Source of the DNA: Bacteroidales bacterium
GTDB lineage: Bacteria; Bacteroidota; Bacteroidia; Bacteroidales; B18-G4
Assembly (NCBI GenBank): GCA_018401355.1
Contig: JAGYLD010000003.1
Location: 10,444-74,443, forward strand
Length of the DNA: 64,000 nt
Direction of reading: 5' to 3'
Shown here in pieces: positions 56,168 to 64,000 of this stretch. A program made the position numbers and the translations under genes. How positions within the stretch are numbered: the stretch's first letter is position 1; each line of letters opens with the position of its first letter. The notes beneath the pieces are model-generated. The model saw nothing but the letters and a program-made list of their open reading frames with translations, was not told the origin of the DNA and searched no databases.

Positions 56168-58321
56168 ATGAACAAAGTCAATTGCCAGTTAACCCGGATC
56201 CTGATAATAATTTCCATTATCCTGAGTAGTTCATTTTTGTTGGCCCAGGATCAAGTGTTTAATATTCAGGATGTTTCTTTGTACAACAGAACCTTATATC
56301 CCAAATCAATATCCAATCTGCAATGGATGGGTAACAGCGATTATTTCTCCTTTGTCGACAACAACAAGCTTATTATGGCCAAAGCAGGTTCTGTTAAGCA
56401 TGACACGGTACTTTCAATAGATGATCTTAATTGTGCATTGAACAAGATTGAAGAAGATTCATTGAAAAGGTTTCCCGGATTTACGCCACTGGGAGATAAT
56501 ATTATAATGTTTAGTCATAACAAACGTCTTTTCATATATGACATAGAGCTTGAACAACTAAGGGAAATGAACAACTATCAGGAAAGCGCTCAAAATATTG
56601 AAATTGAAGAAAATTCATTTGCCGTTGCATATACCATCGACAATAACCTTTATGTTGCCGTGGAAGGGAAGCAAATCCAGGTTACCCGGGAGGAAGACAA
56701 AAATATTGTATGTGGACAAACGGTTCACAGAAATGAATTTGGCATCAGTGGTGGTATCTTCTGGTCTCCCAAAGGCAACTATCTTGCTTTTTACAGGAAG
56801 GATGAAAGTAAAGTAAAAGAATATCCCGTTGTGGATATTACCAAAAGGATGGCTGAAACAGACCCGGTTAAATATCCAATGGCTGGAATGGACAGCGAAG
56901 AAGTGACCCTTGGTGTCTATGATATTGCAACGGGGAAGACGGTGTTCATGAAAACCGGAAAACCAGCCGATCAATATCTTACTTGTATTACATGGGGGCC
57001 TTCTGAGAAATACATTTATATTGCAGTATTAAACAGGGATCAGGATCATGTAAAACTTAATCAGTACGATATCAGGACAGGTGATCTTGTAAAAACCCTC
57101 TTCGAGGAGCGGAGTGAAAAATATGTAGAACCGGAAAACCAACTGTACTTTCTGCACAAAACACCTGATCTTTTCATCTGGCAATCGGAACGAGACGGGT
57201 TTAACCACTTATACCTCTATGATACAGACGGAAACATGATAAAGCAGTTGACCACTGGCGCCTGGGTTGTTAAAGAATTAATCGGAACGGACCCCAGGGA
57301 TGCCCGTGTGTTTTTTACGGGAACTCTGGAAAGTCCCTTAAATTCAGATGTCTATGTTATGGATATGCGGAATGGAAAGACAGATAAGCTTTCAGAACGA
57401 AATGGATCACATTATGTAAAACTGAATAAAGACGGTAAATACCTCATTGACATTTTTAGTGACACGGCTGTAGCCCGCAGGTATGATGTAATTACCCATA
57501 AAGGCAAAAAATTGCAAACTTTGCTCATTGATGAAAATCCCCTGAAAGATTATGCTTTGGGCGAAATGAGCATCTTTACCTTAGAATCGGATAATGGTGA
57601 CGAGCTTTATTGTCGCATGATAAAACCCGTTGATTTTGATCCCACTAAGAAATATCCTGCCATTGTTTATGTTTATGGTGGTCCGCATGCCCAGCTTGTA
57701 ACAAATTCCTGGCTTGGGGGTGCCGGACTGTTCCTTAATTATTTGGCCCAGCAGGGTTATGTTGTATTTACTTTAGATAACCATGGTTCGGCCAATAGGG
57801 GACTGGAATTCGAACAGGCCGTTTTCAGAAACCTTGGCACACTTGAAATAGCTGACCAAATGAAAGGTGTAGAATATCTTCGCAGCCAATCTTTCGTAGA
57901 TCCTGAGAGAATAGGGGTGGATGGATGGAGTTATGGCGGTTTCATGACCATATCGTTAATGCTGAAACAGCCTGAGGATTTTAAAGTGGGTGTGGCAGGC
58001 GGACCGGTTACAGATTGGAAGTATTATGAAGTGATGTATGGAGAACGATATATGGATACCCCTGAGCAAAATCCTGATGGTTATAAGGAATCAAGTTTGC
58101 TTAATCATGCGGAAAAGTTACAAGGTGACCTGCTCATCATCCACGGTACCTCTGATCCGGTTGTGGTTTGGCAACATAGCCTGGAACTAATTCGAAAATT
58201 TATTAAGAAAGGTATTCAGGTTGATTATTTTGTATATCCGGGCCATGGGCATGGTGTAGGAGGCAAGGACAGATTACATTTAAACCAAAAGATCTTCAAA
58301 TATTTCCAGGATCATTTGTAG
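56168..58321 (+). CDS. Dipeptidyl-peptidase IV (peptidase S9B)
   Basis: 717-aa ORF with a signal peptide and an N-terminal DPPIV beta-propeller region. The catalytic domain carries the nucleophile GVDGWSYGGFM, IHGTSDPVV (Asp) and PGHGHG (His). Confidence 0.88.
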   Translation: MNKVNCQLTRILIIISIILSSSFLLAQDQVFNIQDVSLYNRTLYPKSISNLQWMGNSDYFSFVDNNKLIMAKAGSVKHDTVLSIDDLNCALNKIEEDSLKRFPGFTPLGDNIIMFSHNKRLFIYDIELEQLREMNNYQESAQNIEIEENSFAVAYTIDNNLYVAVEGKQIQVTREEDKNIVCGQTVHRNEFGISGGIFWSPKGNYLAFYRKDESKVKEYPVVDITKRMAETDPVKYPMAGMDSEEVTLGVYDIATGKTVFMKTGKPADQYLTCITWGPSEKYIYIAVLNRDQDHVKLNQYDIRTGDLVKTLFEERSEKYVEPENQLYFLHKTPDLFIWQSERDGFNHLYLYDTDGNMIKQLTTGAWVVKELIGTDPRDARVFFTGTLESPLNSDVYVMDMRNGKTDKLSERNGSHYVKLNKDGKYLIDIFSDTAVARRYDVITHKGKKLQTLLIDENPLKDYALGEMSIFTLESDNGDELYCRMIKPVDFDPTKKYPAIVYVYGGPHAQLVTNSWLGGAGLFLNYLAQQGYVVFTLDNHGSANRGLEFEQAVFRNLGTLEIADQMKGVEYLRSQSFVDPERIGVDGWSYGGFMTISLMLKQPEDFKVGVAGGPVTDWKYYEVMYGERYMDTPEQNPDGYKESSLLNHAEKLQGDLLIIHGTSDPVVVWQHSLELIRKFIKKGIQVDYFVYPGHGHGVGGKDRLHLNQKIFKYFQDHL

Positions 58322-58462
58322 CATATTGACAGAAGGAAGGCCTTGTTTTAATTGGTTCTAAATTACCGCAAGATTGGAATTCAACCAGCCAATCTCTTGG
58401 GATGGGATGGCTTTTTTATAACTTTACAGCCTTTTTTGGTGGGGGTTGGTAAAGTATTCATC

Positions 58463-59350
58463 ATGAAAGTCATATTCAACAGGAAATTCATCAACCATAA
58501 TGTTGCTTCGAAATATGAAGGAGATTACCGAATAAAAGACTTCATTGACAAGTATGATGAGGCAGACATTGATGGTGAGCAATATCTTTCCCTGGTACAC
58601 TCAGAGTCTTACATCAATTATATCAGAAACGCTTGCCAGAAAAGGGAAAAACTCGCTGAGATCCAGTTAAGTCCGGAAACTTATGAAGCAGCAAAAGCCG
58701 CAGTTGGATTATCTGTTCTTGCTGCTGTTGATGGTGATTTTGCTGTTGTAAGGCCACCTGGCCACCATGCCGGGAGGGAGAAGACATCTGGTTTTTGTTT
58801 GTTTAATAATATGGCTATTGCAACCCAGTATCTTGTGAATAAAGGGAAGAAGGTTTTGTTAATCGATATTGACGGACATCATGGTGATGGCACTCAGTCC
58901 ATTTTTTACAATACTGACATGGTCTTATTTGCTTCCATACATCAGATGCATTGTTTTCCTTTTACCGGTATGCCCACTGAAGTTGGTGTTGGCAAAGGCC
59001 TTGGATACACCATTAACATTCCAATAACGGCTGGTAGTACAGATAAGGATTTTCTGAGGATGCTGGATGCATTGATAAAAAAAGCGGTGGATTTCAGGCC
59101 TGATGCAGTAGGTGTATCTGCTGGTTTTGATGGGTACATCAAGGATAAGCTCCTGGAGCTTGAATATACCCAGGATGCATATTATGAATGTGGATACCGC
59201 CTTAGAAGGTCTTTTCGCAATATTTTTGCTGTACTTGAGGGTGGATATCACGACGATGTTTTGCAATGCGTAGAAAAGTTTGTTGATGGCGTTAACAAAG
59301 GAGAGCCATCCAAAAAGGTGTTCTGGAATCCCGACATGTCTATTGGATAA
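58463..59350 (+). CDS. Histone deacetylase-family (class I/II arginase-deacetylase fold) amidohydrolase
   Basis: I prefer the start MKVIFNRKF (ATG 58463). Motifs are VVRPPGHHA, the zinc/charge-relay region IDIDGHHGDGTQ, SAGFDG and LEGGY. Confidence 0.8.
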   Translation: MKVIFNRKFINHNVASKYEGDYRIKDFIDKYDEADIDGEQYLSLVHSESYINYIRNACQKREKLAEIQLSPETYEAAKAAVGLSVLAAVDGDFAVVRPPGHHAGREKTSGFCLFNNMAIATQYLVNKGKKVLLIDIDGHHGDGTQSIFYNTDMVLFASIHQMHCFPFTGMPTEVGVGKGLGYTINIPITAGSTDKDFLRMLDALIKKAVDFRPDAVGVSAGFDGYIKDKLLELEYTQDAYYECGYRLRRSFRNIFAVLEGGYHDDVLQCVEKFVDGVNKGEPSKKVFWNPDMSIG

Positions 59351-59395
59351 TTCTGGTTCCTTCCTGGAGTAAAGTTGGGATTCATTGATTATTAG

Positions 59396-59403
59396 TATAT
59401 TTG
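59396..59403 (+). promoter_or_regulatory. Candidate -7 promoter box (TATATTTG) upstream of the acyl-CoA ligase gene
   Basis: Exact TAnnTTTG match 22 nt upstream of ATG 59426. A partial -33 (GTTG, 59374..59377) lies 18 nt upstream. Confidence 0.3.
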
Positions 59404-59425
59404 AGTTGATCAAAACCATACCGGT

Positions 59426-61207
59426 ATGAACATAACAAGGCTGTTCGACATACTCGAACTCTACAGATATACATATCCTGATAAGGAAGATGCCTTTGTC
59501 AGAAACCAGGAAGGTCGTTGGATTAAATACTCTTCAAAGGATTACATAGAATATTCAGAAAAAGTGAGTCTGGGGTTATTGGATATGGGTTTTAAAAAGG
59601 GGGATAAGATTGCTACCATCTCTCCAAACCGCCCGGAATGGAATTTTATGGATATGGGAATGGCCCAGATCGGGGTCATTCATGTGCCAATTTATCCGAC
59701 ATTGAGTGTGAGTGACCAGGAATTCATTCTAAAGCACTCTGAAGCCAAGATGCTTATAGTTGCGGATAATATTTTACTTCAACGTATCAAACCGTTGCTC
59801 GCAAAAATTGATAATCTCCAATATCTTTTTACTTTCAATGAAATAGATGAGGAAATGAACTGGCAGGGTATCCTGGAACAAGGAAATGAGAGCAAAGAAA
59901 AATATTCCGGGAAGCTCGAGGAATGCAAAAAGTCGATAGAGGAAAATGATCTGCTTAGCATTATCTATACCTCGGGTACCACGGGGAATCCCAAAGGTGT
60001 CATGCTTTCACATAAAAACATTCTGAGCAATGCCAAAACCACAGCAGGCATGTTGCCACTGGACAGTTCCCACAGGGCATTGAGCTTCCTTCCCCTCTGC
60101 CATGTTTATGAACGAATGATGAATTATAACTACCAACTTAATGGACTGAGTTTGTATTATGTGGAAAACCTGGGGAAGATAGGTGATTTTATTAAAGAAA
60201 TTAATCCCCATGCATTCAATACCGTACCCCGGCTCATTGAAAAAGTATATGACAGCATTGTAGCTAAAGGAAAAGATCTTTCAGGGATAAAAAAATCTTT
60301 GTTCTTCTGGGCCCTAAGAATTGCGCATCGTTTTGAAATTAACAGCAGCAGAGGATTGCTTTATGAAATGCAACGAAAAATTGCAGATAAGCTTATATTT
60401 TCAAAGTGGCGTGAAGGCCTTGGTGGCAATATAAAACTTATGGTTTCAGGTGGTTCGGCTTTGCAGGAAAGGTTGTTAAAAGTATTTTGGGCTGCAGGAA
60501 TTCCGGTTTATGAGGGGTATGGTCTCACCGAAAGTTCTCCTGTGATAGCTGTGAATGATCCTGTCAATGTTAAGAGGGTAAAATTTGGAACTGTTGGTCC
60601 AATTCTGAATGGCGTTGAATCGAAAATAGCAGAAGACGGCGAGATTCTTTGTAAAGGTCCGAATGTTATGTTGGGATATTTCAAAGATCCTGAACAAACG
60701 AAGGAAGTGATTGACGATGAAGGATGGCTCCATACAGGGGACATCGGAGTGATGGTAGATAACATGTTCCTAAAGATCACCGACAGGAAAAAGGAGATGT
60801 TTAAGACCTCTTCGGGCCGTTATATTGCACCGCAAATGATCGAAAATATCCTGAAGGAATCATTCTTAATTGAGCAGGCCATGGTAGTAGGAGAGAATGA
60901 AAAGTTTGCCAGTGCCCTGATCAGCCCCAACTTTAATTACTTACATTTCTATGCCAGCAAACATAAAATTCATTATCGTGACAATGAAGAGCTGGTCCGC
61001 ATTCCGGAAGTCAATAAAAGAATGCAGGAAGAAGTAAATCTGACTAACAAAAGACTGGGGCAAACAGAGCAGATCAAAAGGTTCAGGATGGTTTGTGATG
61101 AATGGAGCCCACAAAGCGGAGAACTTTCTCCCACATTAAAACTTAAACGAAAAGTGATTTATGAGAAGTACTATGACATTCTGAGGGAGATATACAAACA
61201 TGATTAA
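59426..61207 (+). CDS. Long-chain-fatty-acid--CoA ligase (AMP-forming, ANL superfamily)
   Basis: 593-aa ORF with the AMP-binding signature IYTSGTTGNPKGVMLSH, plus YGLTESSP, GWLHTGDIG and the C-terminal LSPTLKLKRK. Confidence 0.85.
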   Translation: MNITRLFDILELYRYTYPDKEDAFVRNQEGRWIKYSSKDYIEYSEKVSLGLLDMGFKKGDKIATISPNRPEWNFMDMGMAQIGVIHVPIYPTLSVSDQEFILKHSEAKMLIVADNILLQRIKPLLAKIDNLQYLFTFNEIDEEMNWQGILEQGNESKEKYSGKLEECKKSIEENDLLSIIYTSGTTGNPKGVMLSHKNILSNAKTTAGMLPLDSSHRALSFLPLCHVYERMMNYNYQLNGLSLYYVENLGKIGDFIKEINPHAFNTVPRLIEKVYDSIVAKGKDLSGIKKSLFFWALRIAHRFEINSSRGLLYEMQRKIADKLIFSKWREGLGGNIKLMVSGGSALQERLLKVFWAAGIPVYEGYGLTESSPVIAVNDPVNVKRVKFGTVGPILNGVESKIAEDGEILCKGPNVMLGYFKDPEQTKEVIDDEGWLHTGDIGVMVDNMFLKITDRKKEMFKTSSGRYIAPQMIENILKESFLIEQAMVVGENEKFASALISPNFNYLHFYASKHKIHYRDNEELVRIPEVNKRMQEEVNLTNKRLGQTEQIKRFRMVCDEWSPQSGELSPTLKLKRKVIYEKYYDILREIYKHD

Positions 61208-61223
61208 TAAGCAGGTTGCTTAT
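61207..61223. terminator. Weak AT-rich hairpin between convergent genes
   Basis: ATAAGCA-ggt-TGCTTAT is a 7-bp stem with a 3-nt loop that overlaps the last base of the acyl-CoA ligase stop codon. Only 2 GC pairs. Confidence 0.25.
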
Positions 61224-61233
61224 CATACACGTT

Positions 61234-61842
61234 TTAAAGTAATTCATTGAAACATTTCAGCGTTTCCATAAAGTCAACACTGTTGTTTTTGGAAAAGTCT
61301 TCCTGAACATAGCCATCGGTTGTATAAACCCGCATCGTTTCTATTTCTTTCTTCAACATTTTCTGAAGTTCTTTTTTCTTGCCCCATCTGCTTCCAAAAT
61401 AGACAGCACCTTTATTATCACAGTTATACTTGTGATCATTTTGCAGGATTAATTTCGACCCGTCGCGGAACAGAATGCTGATTTCAGAGCCAGGTTCCAT
61501 GCAAAGGCTTGCTCCATATGCATTGAAAAGCAGCGAAAACTGCCCGTCTTTGAAGAATCCTGAAAATATCAATCCTGTGTTTCCTCCATCCTTCGAAACA
61601 ATGATTTCCCTAATGGTTGATGTAGAGGATTCCCCGGTCATTTTATCGGCGTCGGTAACAATATAAGTAGCACAATCCCCGGGAATTCCTTTATCTTCAT
61701 TTTTATCATCATTGTCATCATATTCCCAGGTGCCATTTTCATAAAGTATCACTTTTTCACCATCATCCGTAGTTGCATACTTTTGAGCTGTAAGACTAAG
61801 TGAAAATAAAACTGCCAAAAAGCAAAAAAAGATTGTTTTCAT
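61234..61842 (-). CDS. Hypothetical secreted protein
   Basis: 202-aa ORF with signal peptide MKTIFFCFLAVLFSLSLTAQ and an acidic DDNDDKNEDK stretch. No motif recognised. Confidence 0.5.
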   Translation of the reverse strand: MKTIFFCFLAVLFSLSLTAQKYATTDDGEKVILYENGTWEYDDNDDKNEDKGIPGDCATYIVTDADKMTGESSTSTIREIIVSKDGGNTGLIFSGFFKDGQFSLLFNAYGASLCMEPGSEISILFRDGSKLILQNDHKYNCDNKGAVYFGSRWGKKKELQKMLKKEIETMRVYTTDGYVQEDFSKNNSVDFMETLKCFNELL

Positions 61843-61909
61843 AGGGTTTTAAAATTTCAATTAATATCATTTTATCTTCGAGGAGGAATCCGGTTTATGG
61901 TAATGGGCA

Positions 61910-64000
61910 TCAAATCAATCTGTTGATTACGATAAACAAATCTCCCTTATTGATTGGTTTTGGAAGATAGGCATCACAACCGGCATTGTAACATTGATCA
62001 ATTTCTTCGGCATTTGCATAAGCAGTTTGAGCGATAACGGAAATATCCCTTCCTGATGTTTTTATCTTCCTGATGATTTCCAGTCCTGAAAAATCCGGCA
62101 GCTTAATGTCTATCAGTGCAAGATCAATATTCTTATTTTCTGCCAGGATCTGAAGTCCCTCAGATCCGTTTTTAGCAATTAAGAGAGATTTTGCTTTATC
62201 TTTCAAAACCTCCTTGAAAAATAGCCTGTTTATTTCATTGTCTTCAACAAGCAAAACAGTTTTGCCATTGAGCTTGTTACCATATTTTTCAATAAATTCG
62301 GGAATATCCTGGTCGTGCTCCGCAAGAATCATGGGAAAGGTAACATATACAATGGTACCTTCACCGGGATTGGAATTCAGTTTGATGGTTCCATCCAGCA
62401 GGTCAACAAGCCCTTTGCAAATAGACAAGCCCAGGCCTGTCCCACCGGGATTTTTGGCAGATATGCCCTCTGCCTGTCTGAACCGCTGAAAAATATACTT
62501 TTGAGTATCGCCGGGAATACCTATTCCTGTATCCTTTACAAAGAAAACAACATTTTTGTCAACATTTTTCTTCCTGGACTTTTCAAACCGGTAACCAAAT
62601 TCAACCTTTCCGTTAAAGGTAAATTTAAAGGCATTGTTCAGCAGGTTCATCAGGATTTGTTTTATCCTGTTTTTATCTGTAATAATAAATGTTTCTTCAA
62701 AATCTGTTGGTATATCCAGTGAAAAGGCTACATGTTCCTTTTTAAGTCTTTTTCTTTCAATTTTTGTTTTTTCTGAAATTTCATCAACGATGGTTCCGAG
62801 GTTAACAGATGATTTATTGAGCTTTATCTGCTTCGAATCGATTTTGGAAATGTCCAGGATATCATTGATGATGGTTAATAATTGTTCTGCACTGGAATTT
62901 ATTATTCCCTTATATTTTTCTTTGTTTTCTGTGCTTATTCCTTGCTGCGATAACAATTCAGTGAATCCCAGGATTCCGTTTAAAGGAGTTCTGATCTCAT
63001 GGCTCATGTTGGCCAGGAAAGAGGATTTCAAGCGGTCTGATTCTTCTGCTTTTTGCTTTGCTATGCGCAATTCCTTTTCGATTGTTTTCTGGGCTGTAAT
63101 ATCTGTAAGCAGCCCCTCCAATGCACCGGTCCCGTTCTCAAACTCTTCAACAAGCCGGCCTTGTTCCCATATCCAAGTTTCGCCCCCATCTTTACCAACG
63201 ATTCTGTAAGTAATTTGAAATGGTTTGTTTTTATGTATTGCATCCTGAATTTTATCCCATACTTTTTTTCTGTCATCCGGATGGATCAGGTCGTTATAAG
63301 ATAAAAATTTATTGTTTATCAGTTCCTGTGGACTATATCCTGAAAGCTTCTTAATCCCATGGCTCATATAAAGCACGGTATAATTCCTGTCATTGAGGCA
63401 CCTGTAGGCAGCACCAGGAAGGTTATCGATGAGTGTACTCATCTTTCTTTCACTTTCTTTAAGACTTGCAGCATAAAGCTTATAATCTTTCAGCTGATTG
63501 ATCCATTGATCTATTTCTTTTTGAGTGGCGTCTTCTTTCAAAAGGTCATTAGCGCCAATATAGTAAAAGTTTCTGAACATCTCATTGTCTATTATCAGGA
63601 TGGGATGTGTTTTGATGACCTGTAACAGAATACCCGGATCAGTTAGTTTTTTGTCATACTGGCACAAAAGGATGCATTTTTTTTTATTCAGGAAGGAGTT
63701 TATTTCGGCGATACCTTCGATCATTTTTTTTCCCCGGGCAGGTTCATTAAAGAAATAAGTTGATTCGACGGCAATTCTTAATCCCCTGAAACCAAGATCC
63801 ATTGTTTTTTTGTATTCTTTATCGAACAGATCACGGAATACATTGCTAATACATACGTTGGATTCATCCTGCAGCGAAAAAAGCAATTTATCTTCCTTGA
63901 TTAATGAATTTACCTCTATCCCCTTTTTTTCCAGGAATTGGGAAATTTTGCTTTTGTTGGAAGCGGTAGTGACATATAGAAGCCTTTCTTTGTTTTTGAG
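61910..64000 (-). CDS. Hybrid sensor histidine kinase/response regulator: MEDS-like sensory domain, PAS, HisKA, HATPase_c, REC (5' end beyond right window edge)
   Basis: The reading frame stays open upstream of the track's TTG start (63886) to base 64000: LKNKERLLYVTTASNKSKISQFLEKKGIEV... The MEDS-like end is LLCQYDKKLTDPGILLQVIKTHPILIIDNEMFRNFYY. PAS reads LIHPDDRKKVW...ITYRIVGKDGGETWIWEQG. The H-box is FLANMSHEIRTPLNGI. G-boxes are VKDTGIGIP and GGTGLGLSI. REC reads DLALIDIKLPDFSG. Confidence 0.85.
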   Translation of the reverse strand, partial: LKNKERLLYVTTASNKSKISQFLEKKGIEVNSLIKEDKLLFSLQDESNVCISNVFRDLFDKEYKKTMDLGFRGLRIAVESTYFFNEPARGKKMIEGIAEINSFLNKKKCILLCQYDKKLTDPGILLQVIKTHPILIIDNEMFRNFYYIGANDLLKEDATQKEIDQWINQLKDYKLYAASLKESERKMSTLIDNLPGAAYRCLNDRNYTVLYMSHGIKKLSGYSPQELINNKFLSYNDLIHPDDRKKVWDKIQDAIHKNKPFQITYRIVGKDGGETWIWEQGRLVEEFENGTGALEGLLTDITAQKTIEKELRIAKQKAEESDRLKSSFLANMSHEIRTPLNGILGFTELLSQQGISTENKEKYKGIINSSAEQLLTIINDILDISKIDSKQIKLNKSSVNLGTIVDEISEKTKIERKRLKKEHVAFSLDIPTDFEETFIITDKNRIKQILMNLLNNAFKFTFNGKVEFGYRFEKSRKKNVDKNVVFFVKDTGIGIPGDTQKYIFQRFRQAEGISAKNPGGTGLGLSICKGLVDLLDGTIKLNSNPGEGTIVYVTFPMILAEHDQDIPEFIEKYGNKLNGKTVLLVEDNEINRLFFKEVLKDKAKSLLIAKNGSEGLQILAENKNIDLALIDIKLPDFSGLEIIRKIKTSGRDISVIAQTAYANAEEIDQCYNAGCDAYLPKPINKGDLFIVINRLI

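Noticed and set aside
1-64000. Search for tRNA/rRNA genes, CRISPR repeats, IS elements or integrases, prophage genes and defence systems
   Set aside because: No intergenic gap is long enough apart from 7970..8394 and 19392..19693, and neither shows cloverleaf-like or repeat-spacer structure. No translated ORF resembles a transposase, integrase, Cas, restriction enzyme or toxin-antitoxin protein. This reading was by eye only, so small or degenerate elements could be missed.

Overview
Dense, chromosomal-looking 64-kb window from an AT-rich Bacteroidota-type genome. That placement is inferred from several type IX secretion (T9SS) C-terminal sorting domains, a PorV-family gene, TTTG/TAnnTTTG-type promoter motifs and the overall gene content. 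I call 45 protein-coding genes (two truncated by the window edges), one frameshifted transporter pseudogene, a few hairpin terminators and four low-confidence promoters. I recognised no rRNA, tRNA, CRISPR array, transposase/integrase, phage, restriction-modification or toxin-antitoxin genes. Gene order: two tandem M14 carboxypeptidases (T9SS cargo); ptb-buk; M64 peptidase; a tnaA-MFS-fRMsr-MntP-like-queD operon; two tandem three-gene cassettes (ECF sigma, membrane-anchored beta-barrel protein, PKD/T9SS cargo); a TetR-TolC-MFP-RND efflux operon; a BNR/sialidase-fold T9SS cargo; an amino-acid symporter, PFK and S33-like hydrolase; a broken YfcC transporter; C69 dipeptidase; purF; HIT; greA; an operon of TonB-dependent receptor, 1420-aa secreted protein and PorV paralog; a lipoprotein / propeller-LytS kinase / LytTR regulator unit; ahcY; a PPTase; an archaeal-type GGGP-synthase-family gene co-operonic with an orphan secreted protein and DPP-IV; an HDAC-family enzyme; an acyl-CoA ligase; and a MEDS-PAS hybrid kinase. 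The best candidates for undescribed biology are (i) the duplicated ECF sigma / trans-envelope-looking anti-sigma-barrel fusion / T9SS cargo cassettes at 12.6-19.4 kb and (ii) the TBDR / giant protein / PorV-paralog operon at 37.6-46.8 kb. All functional calls come from reading the translations by eye against remembered family motifs. No database search was run.
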